The notes under the pieces are model-generated. The model did not search any database. It had not been told where the DNA came from and saw nothing but the letters and a program-made list of their open reading frames with translations. Positions 20,466-33,754 of a stretch of 64,000 nucleotides of DNA are shown one piece after another. The translations under genes were made by a program, and so were the position numbers. The stretch's first letter is position 1. The number at the start of each line of letters is the position of its first letter. The stretch comes from Vitrella brassicaformis CCMP3155 (Eukaryota > Protista > Chromerida), in assembly GCA_001179505.1 (NCBI GenBank), contig CDMY01000438.1:1-64000 (forward strand), given 5' to 3'.

Positions 20466-22557
20466 ATGGGGTGTCGGCTGAGCTGTACAAGCGAGGGCGG
20501 CCTGAGGGATGAGTACATCCTGGGCCAGAAGATCGGAGAGGGGGTACACACATACGACAATGCAATGCTGGCATTCCTTGCCCTTGTCCGCCCATTTCTG
20601 TGCTTTCTCTTCTCTCCAATGGTATGCAATGCATTCACAGGCGTTCGCGCAAGTGCGTCTGTGCACGCACAAGAAGACGGGCGAGAAGCGGTGTGTCAAG
20701 TTGCTGCACAAGCCGTATCCGAGGCAGGACTTCGAGACCGAGATAGCGATCATGGAGGAGGTGTGCAATGGCGGGTGTGACAACATCGTCAGGTTCTACC
20801 AGCATTACGAAGACAACTACTTCTACTACTCGGTAGGTTACAGAACCACGCCTGTCTCTCTCAACACGAGAACAAAGGTGTCTGTCTTATCGGCTGCTGT
20901 CATTTGTCGCTTACCCAGGTCATGGAGAACCTCAGGTATACAATACAGCACGGAGCACATGAGTACGTGTCTCTGTCTGTCTGTTTCCCTCCGTGTGCTT
21001 CAAGTGGTGGTGAGTTGTTCGACACGTTGGCGTCGCCGCAGCCGTTGACAGAGATGGAGATCGCCGACATCATGAGGCAGATGCTCACCGCATGCGCATA
21101 CATTCACAAAGTGGGCATCGTACACAGGTGGGTAACAGATAGATACGGGCGGGTCACGGAACTGTACGTGCCATGTGGCTGTCTGCTGGGCTGGCGACTG
21201 ACTGACAGGGATCTGAAGCCTCAGAATCTTCTCTTTGCAGCCAAGGGCAGCAACGTGGTCAAAATGATCGACTTCGGGTAGCAAGGCAGCGGATAAAGAC
21301 ACAGATATCTCGGCTGTGACTCCTTTCTGTCTTCAGTCTGTCGTACAAGATGCCGAAGGGCGAGATGCTCGACGACCCCTGCGGCACCCCCGAATTTGTC
21401 GCACCTGAGATGATACTCGGCAAATACGGAAGGTACGCAGCGCAGGGGCCCCCAGACCATTCTCAAGACACTCATGTCTGTGTCTCGCCTGCCCCCAGCA
21501 AGGTCGACATTTGGGCGTGTGGTGTGATATTGTTCATGATGCTGTTTGGCGAGATGCCCTTTGCGGCTGCCAACGAGGAGGCTTTGTGGCAGAGGATAGT
21601 GGAGCACCAGCCCGACTTCAAGAAGGTGGCGCAGCGGGCGGGATACAACCCCAGTGAGGGCGCGCTCGACCTCCTCAAGAAACTGCTCACCAAGAAGCCA
21701 CGGCACCGACCCACTGCCGAAGAAGCCGCCAGACACAAATGGATCAAAGGTATGAAAGTCCCATACAACACAACCAACAGACAAAGGGAGACATGTCATG
21801 GTTGTGTTGCGATGTCATGGTGGTGTTGCGTCTGTCTCCCATGGTTTTGCAGAGATGACACAGCCGACGGCAATGCCGGTGTTGCTAGAGCCGATTCCCC
21901 AGGATGTGCGCCGTAAGGGCCGGCTGGCGACCATCGACGTCAAGAAGAAGCACGACGAGATGGTCAAGCAGCAGGTGCCGCACCCGCCACAACACAACCA
22001 AATCGACAAACTGCAAGAGGAGCTTGACGAAGGTCAGCCTTCTGTCCACATATGGGGGTGGGTGGCTGCTGGAAGCTTCCGGCATCTGCAATGCGGGTGC
22101 GCTGTGCAGAGTACAAGCACAGGAAGCAGGGCCGCCTGGCGTCTCTTGCTGTCAAGAAGCAGAAGGAGACCGATGGCGCACACAGGGAAGAACGCGACTC
22201 ATCCCTAAGTGAGCGCCAGAAACGTAGGAAGCCGCAATATATGCCCCCGCCCCCCTGTCTATGTCCGTGTGGCTCTCAGAGGTGCCCCCTGCTGTCGAGC
22301 ACGCCGCTCCGCCCACACAGCCAGCCGTCGAACGGGGCGAAGAAAGGCAAGGAAGAACCAGCCTGAAACAGACGTGTGCAACGCATGCATGGGTGGATGG
22401 CTTGTCTTGTGTGTGCAGGAAGACAACACGAACAAGGACGGCAGGCTATCAGAACTTCATGACAGAGCTTGAGAAGCTGAGAGCGCAGTACGAGACCATC
22501 AAGGAGGACAGCGGAGAACTCGATGCCATGGGACCCGTGGATGAGAAGAGGCCATGA
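20466..22557 (+). CDS. CAMK-group Ser/Thr protein kinase (CDPK-like catalytic domain, no EF hands) with an N-terminal MGC acylation motif
   Basis: GEGAFAQV, VK, HRDLKPQN, DFG, GTPEFVAPE and DIWACGVI are all intact. Includes a 17-nt micro-exon at 20919-20935 (VMENLS). Starts MGCRLSC. Confidence 0.93.
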
Positions 22558-23240
22558 AGAGAAGAAGTGCCAGTGGGGATGCCTGGCTTATGCTGCTGCT
22601 GCTGCTGCTGGTCCTTTTTGAGTGCTGCTGGTGGTGTTGGGTTCTGCCGGTGCGGTGGATTGCGTGCGCCTTCGTACACTCACGAGCCCGCTGTCTCGGG
22701 TGTGGTGTCTGATGCTGGTTGGTGCCTGGCGCCTGTGTGACACGGCGCCTGTGTTCAGTGTTCATACTTAGATGAGATGCCTCGTACAGTACTACCCTCT
22801 GCCGTTAGTGTATAGGCACGTGTCTTCTATCCTTTCCCCCGACCTCCCTCCCTCTTTCGCGTGTGTGTGTGGTGCCCCCCTCTCTCCCCTTGGATCTGAT
22901 TCATGAATGGGTGAGTGGACGGACATTGACCTGAGTGAAGCGGGGTGAACACGATTCGTGTTCGATACAACCATCACTGGCAAGAGCAACAAGTCGATAG
23001 ATGAAGCGAGCCACACTGCGCTCGCGTAGTATGCAGAAAAGAGCGACGCCACAGAGGGCACACGACAGGAACAGACATGCCGGTCGTCTGTACGCACTTA
23101 GCTTTGCCCTTCCCTACCGTGTTTTCCATTCCTCGATAAAATGACCAAAAACACGTGTTCGCGGACACAGCGCTTCTTCCATGAAGCTCTTGTGCACACA
23201 GGCGTACAGATCGTCTGCATGCAGGTATGGATTCTCCTTC

Positions 23241-25189
23241 TCACCGTGGAATGATGCCATTCACGCCAGCTCCTGCTGGCTGATGTGGAGACACACCGAA
23301 GGACACGCCCCCTCCCCCCTGCAGCTGCTGCTGTTGGATCAAGGCAGCCATCTGCTGACACGTATGGGCAAACATCTGCTCCAGCCGTTTTAGCTCAGCC
23401 TCTCTACTGTCATGCGGGCTGGCTTGTCTACTCGGCTGTGTGGGCGGATACGTGTTATCGGTCTCATTGTCGGCCGATCCCACGACAGTAAAGCGCCTCT
23501 CCTCTACCTCGGCCTCCCATTGAATCCCCCTCAATGTGCTCTGCGGACACATTCAGTAGGCGCACACTCGATTGCATTGCGTCCCACCCACCAGGCCTAA
23601 CTACCTGTTTCCTGTACAATCTCCTGGCGTTTACTCGCTCCCGATCTCCCTGTGTCTGCAGGATGCCCCTGGGCTGCTCGACAATATCCGCTGCAGAGAG
23701 GGGCTTGTCGGGCATCGGCATCTTGCCAGCCACGTCCGGCCGGAGTGAGGGCGACCTGTCATTTACAGGAAGGAGAAACCGTTTTGGCTTGGCCGCTGCG
23801 CTAGAGTCGATCGGATGCATGTACGTGTCTGCACACCTTTTCACATGTGCGTGGCTGCTGTACCGCCTATAGGCCCTCTGGTGCGGCCATGATCGAGGAT
23901 CCACCGGCACACAGAGCTGCATCTCGATGTCTCCCTCCTCGAAGAAGGTGTAGAGGGACGAAAGGAAGCAGTTGCGATGGTTCGCGTGGGACAAATCGAG
24001 CCACCCATGCAGACGAGTGATGTCCGTCACAATGACCAGGATATAGGGGCTGTTCCCCAAGAACAACACCGTCATGTACAGGGCCGCACAGAACGGGGCA
24101 TCTGCAGTCAGGTACACACATGAATGAATGCATCATATCATGTATGTCTCACTGACTGACCGTATTTGCGTGCCGCGTTGACCTCAATGAGCAGATCGGT
24201 GCTGTCGTCCATCCAGCTGGCGTGGTGGATATGAGTCCCCTGACCCGCGACACGACCAACGGCAGCCGGCACATCGTCCAGCCCCTCAAGAGACAGGGAA
24301 GAGTTTCGAAACAAAAGTGCCTTCTTGTCGTGGTAGGACTGGAGGTGGCGATCAGAGACACCACCGTAGCGCTTGTTGAGCCGCCCCAGGTGCTCCGTGA
24401 TCCTGTGGCACACCGACGCATCCCGCTCTTCCCTTAAGAGAATCTGCGGGGGATTCCCGAGCAACTCCCATGGTGTCCAGCCGGTGAGATTGCAAAACTG
24501 TTGACAGAGAGACAACAACACGCTGTGTTTCTTCCGTGTTGTGTGTCTGTGCGCACTTTGGTCGAGACAGCCACGATGGGACAGCCCATCATGGCCGGAT
24601 CGCACAAAATGGCACACAGCTCCAGGCTGCGGAAGTACATGTCAAAGTTGGCCACCGGTAGGTCCTCTGCAGCTGTGCGAGGCCCTTGTCTGCCCTTGGG
24701 TGACGACGCGCTGCCGTACCAGTTCCCGGATCGTACGAGCCGCGTTGGCTTCGGGTGTCTGTGTGTCCTGAGCTGATGCGTCGGGGACCGTCAACTCGTT
24801 GCTGGCGATGGAATGGGCTATCACTGCAGACAAACACACAGATGCAGAATGCAGCGGCGCAGCAGTGCGTTTATCCTCTTGCGCTCACATTGCCTTTCCA
24901 GGCCCGAGAGAGCGTGTTGTAGATTTGCAAAGTCGGTCTGAATGAGGTCATCTGCAGTGTTGTGCCAGAGGTAAACCGGGTCAGACTGGTCCCCGGCCGT
25001 CACCAGCCCCCTCCTCACGCGCCCGACGTCCTCCGTCCCCTCCGGTGGAGCGTCATCATGATGGTCATCACGGGCTGATGGCGCTTCGCCATCCACTGAC
25101 TCGTCGTCGCTGTCGAAGTTGCCTCTCCTGTACTTGATGTTCTTGCGGCATTGCAGGGACGGCAGCACCAGACAGCGGCAGCAGGACAT
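23241..25189 (-). CDS. PAS/LOV-like domain protein with an N-terminal Cys cluster (MSCCRC)
   Basis: AILCDPAMMGCPIVAVSTKFCNLTGWTPWELLGNPPQILL ... NAARKYDAPFCAALYMTVL...YILVIVTDIT follows the LOV/PAS pattern. Both gene ends are approximate. Confidence 0.7.
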
Positions 25190-25323
25190 AGTACTGAGGC
25201 CAGACTTGTCATGGGGGACTGCAAACCCTGGCGAACGGAAGGCGAGCTGGCGGTTGTTGTCTTGTCGCGGCCCCCAGGGGCCCCCACGCAATTCCCACTC
25301 AATACCACTCAGGTGACAGCAAC

Positions 25324-27960
25324 ATGCAGAACCACGATGAACAGGCGGCTTGTGGTGGAGAGGCGGAAGCCGTTGATGAGCCAGAGGGCGAGGCCACTGT
25401 CGACGAAACTGTTAGAATGACGCCGCCTCAGGCGGAGCCAGAGCAAGACACGGGGGAAACTGGTCACGCATAAGCGAAATGGGATGTATGGAGCCCCATA
25501 CATCAAATTGCTCTGTTTATGTGGACAGGCGGGGGTCACAATTCCAAGAGAGAGGTGGTCCGGGAAGAGGATGGAAAGGGCGGCGGTGCGCCGCCCATGC
25601 GTGAGCAAGAGGAATCGGGAGCTGTCGAGGACGGTGCGGTCGGGCCAACCGGCCCTGCGGCAGACACGATGGAAGGAGATGCGGAGGCTGGACATGCAGA
25701 GAGCAGTAAGGCAGGCCAGACAGCACATCTGTTTTGCATATATCCATTAGCACATGCCCGCATCACTGCAGATGAGAATCAAGGGGTTGAGCCGTTGACA
25801 CAACGCCAGGGGGAGGCCGCCACCATTGACACAGAAGAAACAGCTCCGGAGGACGAAAACAAGGACGACCCCCAACAAGCAGCTGCAACCCTACTGCAAT
25901 CACACTGGAGGGGACACCAATCAAGGAGACACACGGCAGAGAGGAGACTCAGGAGAGTGTATCGGGAGCAGCCAGGGGCAGATGAGGGGCACACCGAGCA
26001 CGAGGGAGAGAACACTCATCCTTTCGAGACTCATCAGCCTGACCTTGCCGTCACTGCAGCTGAGCAAACTGAGCATACCACCATGCTATCTGCTGCCGCG
26101 GACAACATCTCTATCGATCCCGACAGAGCGGTCACGAGGCTGCAGGCACAGTGGCGGGGACACCAAGCGAGAAAAGCTGCGAGACGTGGACGTGAGGAGG
26201 CTTCGGTACAAGTCACGGTCGACCAGGAAGCCAAAGAGGAAAGAGCGGCTGGTCCGTCTGTTGCTGTGGAACCCCCGAAGGAGAGCGGCATGGGTGAGGA
26301 TGCTGGCGGCATCAGAGGAGAGAAAGGTCAAGAAGCTGCAGATATCCCTCCAGCCGCGATAAAGGCGATCGATGCGGAACAGGAGACACAGAAGCACCAA
26401 CAACCTGCCCTCGACGAGAAGGCAGACGTGGCAGATATGGACGATGTGGAAGATGTGATTGTGGAAGGGCCAATGCCGGTCTCTGAGGCCGATGCAGAAC
26501 TGGCAAAGGAAGCCGCCACAGCCAGGAAGCACTTGGCCGCCACACGGCTGCAGGCGCATTGGAGAGGCTACAACACACGCAGATCTATGTCTACGGCAAA
26601 CAAACCGAGACAGCATCAGCAGAGGGAGGAAGAGGACTTGGCCTGTGCCGCAACCAAGGTGCAGGCGCACTGGCGAGGGCACAAGACAAGGAAAAGTGCC
26701 TTGGTGGACCATGGCATCAAGCTATCGAAGAAATCGGTTCAAAGAGTCCTGTCACGGGACCGATCGACCTCCTTCTCACAGCTGCTGCCAGTCTCCCCGA
26801 CACGGAGCCCTCGCACAAGGTCTGCGAGAGTAATTGACGCTATCACAAGAGACAGGCAGGAGTGGATGTGTCACGTCTCTTGGTGTGTGCGTTTCTCATG
26901 CAGCTCACGTGTTGCCCAAGCCAAGGCGACCAAGCGCACCCGTGACGAGAGCAAAGAAGCCAGCCTCAAGGCGATACAACCCCCCACATCCCCTCCGCCT
27001 CCCCCTGCCCCCTCCAGGAAGCCTCCATCGACTACCCTTCGCACCAGGAGGCTGCGGATCAGCACCGAAGATAAGAGACCCCCGCCGCAGGTGGATGAAG
27101 AGACACATGAGGGAGACAGGAAGACGAAAGAGCAAGACGAGAAGGCGTCGCCGCGTGCCCGGTTAAGGGCTACCACAGGCCGTGTACAGCGACAGAGAGA
27201 AAGCAAGGAATGCTCGTCAGCATGCGACACGTTCGTTCGTGTCTCCCCTGTGTGTGTGCAGTTTCGCATGAAGGGCCCGTATGCTGGACTGGATCGCATC
27301 ACCGCCATCTACGGCCCGCCCCCCTACCGCACCTTCAGGACCCCCTACGCCACAGCAGGACACTGGCCGGCAGCCGACGCCATACACAGGACAGAACAGA
27401 GGAGACAACAGGACGTGGCCGAGAGCCCCAAGGGCTGCAGCCCCTGCAGGAAGGGCCCTGGCCGTGCGGTGACGCGGAGTCCTCGTGGCAGCATTGTGCC
27501 TCTGCCACCTCTCAAGATCGCCACCTCACCATACGCACAGACTCCCAGAGATGGCGTAAGCTCATCCATGGAAGATATATACCGAACACAATAACCAAAC
27601 CTTCCTCTTTGCTCGCGATGTTGCTTGCAGGATTTTGCCAAAAGTTGTCCTGGCACTGGACGATTCAACGCCCTGCCCCCACTGGTATGTTAGCCGCACA
27701 GAGACATGCGTACGGGAAGGAGACAGCTGCATACTACACGTAACCTGTCTGTCCTTGATTCAGCTTGATTTCGGCACGACTCCCCGTGCAGTGCCGTCCC
27801 GTCAGGCGGACAACCACAGTGGGAGGCGGGGCAGCGGCGCCACAGTGGCCATGATGCAGATAGTCAATGCCACACCGAGACACGATGGGAGTGGGTTCGT
27901 TTTCGACAACAGGTTTGACAAAAAGGGCGGCAAACCACTGTCCCCTACCAAATGTAAGCG
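25324..27960 (+). CDS. Low-complexity acidic/basic protein with four IQ calmodulin-binding motifs
   Basis: LQSHWRGHQSRR, LQAQWRGHQARK, LQAHWRGYNTRR and VQAHWRGHKTRK in ORF 25519-27594, with extra small exons on both sides. Confidence 0.8.
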
Positions 27961-28416
27961 GAGCATCAGAAGGAGCCAACACACACACCTGTGGACGACT
28001 TGTGGTGTGCCTGTGGGTGTGGTGTGTGCAGTGGTGTTTTTCTCGTGATGATTGGTGACAATTTCTGCTTGACGGGTGGGCGATTGGGGCATCATGGCAT
28101 TTTCTCTGCTCAGCGGGGATTGTGAATGGCAGGGAATAGGCTCTTAGGTAGAGAGCAGCCACTTGTCCACGTGCGCGTGCGTACGCTTCCATGCAGCCAG
28201 CCAGCGGGTGTTTATTTGTCCGCATGCAATGCTTCACTAACAAAGTCGGGCTATGCTATGCGCATACATATACGAGACAGTGAGTGGGTAGAGAGACTGT
28301 CATGTCCATGGCCTAACTAAGCTTTCGAGCCAAACTGCAGGACAGCGGGTCGTGTCACCTACAACACATCCACTCACTGCCTTATGAGACCTTAAATATC
28401 ATCAGACACACAGGCT

Positions 28417-29798
28417 TCACTCGGTCTGCGGCACAAGCGGTGACGGCACCCGCTCGCAATCAATCTTGTCACCGTCAATCTTGCATATCGCCAGCCCAAT
28501 GCTGAAGGGCGTCTCCTTGACATCAAAGGGGTCCTCCGCCTCACCCTGCCGCACGGCCACATAGTACAGCCACACCTCCTTCCCCTCATTGCGCACCACG
28601 GCGTTCGGCGTCCCCACGAACCGCGAGTCGGCCGCCCCCTTGACGCCTATGCGGGGCATCAACACGGGCAGCGTGTAGAGGCTCCCCCAGGAGAAGCCGT
28701 CACGAGAGCCGAAGAGAGAGATGGTGTGCTCGTTGGGTGATGGCGCGACGCTCTCGCCAAACATCCACCATTGAGATGTGGAGAGTGTCAGGGCCCGGCC
28801 GGCATCGCTCAAGTTGGCAGCGGGTGACGATGCGTTGTAGTTGGGGTTGGCCACGACCCATCTCGTCCCCACCCCCCTGCTGTAATACGTGCCCTCCGGT
28901 CCCGCGCCGAGCAGGGGATAGTCGAGCCTCTTCCATTTCCCTCTCTTGCCTTGGTGGATGGCCGCAGTGACAACGAAAGGTGCGCTGAAGTTGGCCTGTG
29001 AGTGATAGTAGAGAAGAGATGTGGTCTCGTTCAGCTGCACAAACTGTGGCCAGCCCTCGCCGCTCCAGCCTTTCTCTGATGGAGCCAGCTCCAACAGCGG
29101 CTTCCTTGCTCTTCGCCAGTTGAGGCCATCTGTCGATGTGGCAACGCCGATGCGGAGAGGGAAGCCGCAGATCGTGTTGGATGCGTTGCTTGGCGAGGGG
29201 AGGCCGTCATTGAGGCTGCCACCGAAATAATACATGGTATACTTCGACTTGCCGTCATCAGATAGCTGACACACAGAAGACAGACAACAAGTGAGAGCAG
29301 TGCAGTGGATGCATCCACTGCGTCAGTCAGTCACTGTGCATGCTTGCGTACCATGACGTCGCCGACGCCCACATGAGCGCTGTCCCATGCTCCCTTCTTC
29401 GTTGCCGGCGCAAGCACACTGCCGCCCTCCCCGGGCCCATCCAGCCGCCGCCAAGCGATGCCGTCAGCTGACTCTGCCAGGCCGACGTAGCCGGTGGGAA
29501 GCGGTGTTACATCCGGATGCTTTTCGATGAACTTGAAGCTCTTGCCGTAGTAGTACATGACCCACAGGACCCTCCTGCTGTCGAAGAACACTCGCGGCGC
29601 AGCGACTGCCTTGGTGTCGAACCGGTCTGAGTCGCGAGGAGCGACGGTGAGTACCTGAATGGATGGATCAATGCCTCAGCTTGGCAGATCTGAAAGCTCA
29701 TTCATCACCTGTCCTTCATTGAGCTGAGATCCTTGCAGTCGGGCACACAGCACTGACGCCACGCCGAGCAGCAAGACAAGAACAAAGCGCATAGCCAT
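28417..29798 (-). CDS. Secreted five-bladed beta-propeller glycoside hydrolase-like protein (GH32/43/130 structural superfamily)
   Basis: Signal peptide MAMRFVLVLLLGVASVLC. Repeated blade motifs: MYYYG..VGLAESADGIAW, MYYFG..IGVATSTDGLNW, MFGES..ISLFGSRDGFSW, WLYY...IGLA. Confidence 0.75.
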
Positions 29799-29831
29799 GA
29801 TGAGAGAAGAACGGATCAGCTCTTCCTGCTA

Positions 29832-29839
29832 AGCTCGCA
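29832..29839. promoter_or_regulatory. AGCTCGCA motif 34 bp upstream of the glycoside hydrolase-like ATG
   Basis: Exact match (ctaAGCTCGCAg). Confidence 0.55.
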
Positions 29840-30315
29840 GAAGCGATCCGCAAGAAAAGCTGCGGCAGCTTCCCTGCCTTTGTGAGGACAGGACAATGGT
29901 CAGGCAGGTGACGCTAAGCATTCTTGCCGAAAAGGAATGATGATAAACGAGCCTGTTTTAGATTCAAATCATTGCAACAGTGCGCACACGCCGGTCTGGT
30001 GCCATCCATCGTATGCTGACTGACAGTTAGTCAATCGCCCATCCACATGTACACGCACCTCAGGTATGTGCATGCCATGCACTAACACACGCACGCACAC
30101 ATCGTCGTCTCAGAGTGCCCATAAAGACACTGACAGAAGAACGGGCGTTAAGACGTACAGGAAGCCCCGCCCCCCGCCGAAAGCATCCCTCCCTCCCTCT
30201 CCGTGATAACCCCTTCCTCTCTTAACTATGGTGCAGGGGCGCTACAGCTGTCTCTGCCCACCATTCATTGATTCATCCCTTAGGCACTCACTCTGTGTAC
30301 ACCCACCCGCAGAAG

Positions 30316-33240
30316 TCAGTCTCGAGACTCCTCCTCTAGCCTTCCATTGATGGCCCTGTAGGTCATCAAATCGTCATCCATAGGCTCTTCCTTGATCTTC
30401 TTGACCGACTTCAAAGTGCCACCATCGGTGTAGTCGTCGTCATCGGCCTCGCTCGCATCATGCCGCCTCCTGCCAGCCGCACCACCATACAGCTGCGACG
30501 CCTCAGCAATGGGCCTCCTGTCCACCATGTCCGGCTCCGTCTCGTCATCGGGGTCGACAGGCTCCCTCTTGATGTACACCCGGTCGGTGTCGATGACACT
30601 GGCGCCCGAACGAGAGGGAGATGGCACAAACCCCTCGTCGTCGTCTCTGTCCAGCAAAGGCAGGTCTGCGGACCGGGGGCGGGAATACGAGTCGGCGGCT
30701 GGCAGGCGATGGTCGTAGGGATTGTTCATCGCCCCAGTGGCAGTCCTGGCCTTGTCGCCGTGCTGGTTGGGGAGGGGTACCCTCGCCATCGACACTGGCG
30801 GGCCGTTGAGAGACGGATAGAGGCGGCGGGACGAAGAGTGAGAGTGAGACTGAGCGTGGGTGTGCTGCCCTCGTGATGAGCCATCATCACCTCCGCCCTG
30901 GCCGCGCCGTCGCTGCCTGATGCCCGATGTATTGGCATCATGCCCATCGCCGTCACCTCCCCTCCCCCTGCCATGGCCCTGTCCGCCCCCCTCCCCCCCT
31001 CTGTGGTCGTCATGATTGTCGGGGTCGTCATCCGAGTACCTCAGGTTATACCTACCCGAGCGCCCCTCCTCTCCATCCACAGAGTCCTCCAGCTCCTCTT
31101 CGTCTTCCTCCTCCTCTTCCTCGCCGTTGTCGTATTCCTCGTCGCCCTCGCCCTCTCCCTCTCCCTCGTTGTCTCTCGCTGTGCGGTGCCTGCGATGCCC
31201 CCCGCCGTTCATGGGCGACGGCCCCTCTGACCCGCCACTGCCGCTGATGCTGTCCTCGGACGAGCCATAGCGGTAGCCACCGATGGCCGTCGAGCTCTCC
31301 GCTGGCTCGCATTGTGGGGGAGGGTGGGAGTGGGGGTTGTTGGGATGGTGGTTGCCGACTGGCCCATTGATGTTATTATTGCCGTCGGCAGCCATGTCGG
31401 TCTCAGCCTGTGGGATGATGTCTGGGAGGGGCTGGGGGCCGTACATCTCCAGGAAACGTTCGTCTTGGCCGTCGGGGATGGCCGGCTCTGACGACCAAGA
31501 CAAGAGATGCGGTGGGTGGCACGAAAAGGGTCGGGTTTGTTTGTTTGTTTGTGTCTCTCTCTCACCGTCAAATTGCGGTTTGATATCTGCGGGGATGGGG
31601 AAGGGCCACATGACCCAGTTGCGGCCAAACACCTCAGTCAAGTGCAAAAGAAACGTGCGCTGCAAAGAGGCGCACACACAGACAACGGCACTGATACACT
31701 CCACTCCACATGGACTGATTGACAGACGTGTTCCATCCCTCTCTCCCTCCGTCCCTCCCTCCTTCTCCTACTTGTCTGCCGTGTGTCCTCTTGTAGGTCT
31801 CGACCAATGTGGAGTTGGAGTCGATGGCCTCTATCTGCTCACTCAGAAAGTCCTGCGCCAAGAACACCGAACGAACAGTGATGTGTGGGCATCCATCGTG
31901 CGTCAGTCATCCCTCCCTCTGCAGCCAGCCATTAGCTCACGAGAGTGAAGAAGAGAAAGAAGACCCCTTCAAGCGCCGCAAAGCAGCCGAAGGCAAGGGC
32001 CCACTCACTGGCCTGCGGGAGGGACATATATCAACAGCCACAGCCACGAGAGCAGACAGCAGCAGATGAAGGTGGTTGTCGCCTAGACTCATTCATGTCA
32101 GGTATGGCAGGGGAGAGAGACCTCTACTCCTGCCGTGAGATTGGCAGTGTCTCCCAGCCATACTGGGTTCTTGGAGTGACGAAACCACCAGAAGGCCCCC
32201 AGCATCAACAGCAGCACCGACGACAGGCTGAACAGCGCTGCACACATAGACAGACACACAGACAGACAGACAGACAGACATGCAACCATAGTAACTAAAG
32301 CGATGGATGGATGGATGGATGGGCTCTCTGTGTGTGGTGTGTTTGTGTTTGTGTTGCCTGCCTGCTAACCGACCGGTGTAGAAGAGGAAGAGGATGAACA
32401 TCTTCTGGTTGTAGAGGCCCACGCAGTTGTTGATCCACGGGCAGTGGTGATCCATCCGAAATATACACCTGCACACACACGCACGCACACAGAGGGAGGC
32501 GTACCCATCATTACACCGCTCCCACAAGCTTGTGCGTTGCGCCCACGCCCACATTTTGCAGGTTTTGCAGTGGTGTGCCCTTGGTGGCTTCCAGTGGTTG
32601 TTGCACTTGTGACAGATGCGGGCCTGCGGGCCGTGCGATAAGGGAAACGGAGCCAGCCTCTGAATGAAGCAAACACACACGCACACGTGCCCATCCATCC
32701 CATGAGCGCAGCTGACCAGGCAGGGGTCACTCACTCTCTCTTCGTTGGCTGCTTTGCTTACTGGATATTTGTTAGGGCTGCCAGGGTCGCAGAAGATGGC
32801 TTGTAGGTGTGCCAGAACCGCGAACACCAGCAAGGCTTGGTAGAAAAAGAACAGGATCGTCCCCACAATGTCAAAAGGAATGCCTGACGTGGCCACGCAC
32901 AGACACACACAACACATGGAGAGCAAGCCAAGCACGAATGAGATAGATGGTCTGTCGACAGACAGATCAAGCCAGCCGCGGTTCGTTCGCGCCTCCCTAC
33001 CTCTCCACCTACCCGGCAGCATGGGGTCATCTGATGCGAACCACCCGTGGAAGGTGTACTTGATCACCACCCAGTCACCAAACGCCATCAACACCCACGT
33101 CTGCACCACAGCACCACGATGCATCCGATACACAACACACAATAATACGGCACATGTGCGCACCTGCCATCCATCGTGTTGCGTACCAGTACGATGAAGC
33201 AGATGCCCAGCGGGTCGCTAACGAACCACACTAGCGGCAT
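30316..33240 (-). CDS. DHHC palmitoyltransferase with a long low-complexity C-terminal tail
   Basis: [39 protein letters not shown], with TM helices, a CDPG motif and a D/E/G-rich tail. Confidence 0.95.
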
Positions 33241-33504
33241 CCTCAGCCTACTCCGCAGTGAACAAGCTTCCAAGTCGCCCAGAGAGGACGGCAGATGATG
33301 GATCAGCACGCGAGGTCGTCTGCAAGACCCCCTGTGCACCCTCTGAGGTCCAGTGAGTCTAGCGGTCACCCAGCATGGGCTGCAACACTTTCACTGAAGC
33401 TTCACTGAAGCCGAGGAGAAAGCTGCATTGCCTCAGCAGTCGATTAAGCAGGCTGCAGGTCCTGCAAAGCCACGGGTGGCCTGCGCTGAACACTCCTCCT
33501 CATC

Positions 33505-33524
33505 AGCTCGCAAAAAAGCTCGCG
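33505..33524. promoter_or_regulatory. AGCTCGCA plus AGCTCGCG in the DHHC/nucleotidyltransferase divergent spacer
   Basis: Exact match at 33505-33512 and a one-mismatch copy at 33517-33524. Confidence 0.55.
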
Positions 33525-33754
33525 ATGGAATGAGGAAACGAGGCAATGAGGCAGCTTAGCAGCACCATGTTATGGTTTGCCTTGAGCCACCTTCCACCGC
33601 TTCGTCCTTTTAACCTCTGTTTCCGGTGCAAGATCCGTGACTGACTATTGCACAAGTCCAGATCCGTCGGCATAGCTCTTTTCGCCTCTCTGCACCTGCC
33701 TGGCCCTTCTGAGACCTCCCAGCCATCCGATTCGGCATTTCTTGGCGGCCGGCC

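Noticed and set aside
20466-33240. DHHC enzyme clustered with putative substrates (MGCRLSC kinase, MSCCRC PAS protein)
   Set aside because: N-terminal Cys motifs are common in alveolates, so proximity alone is not informative.
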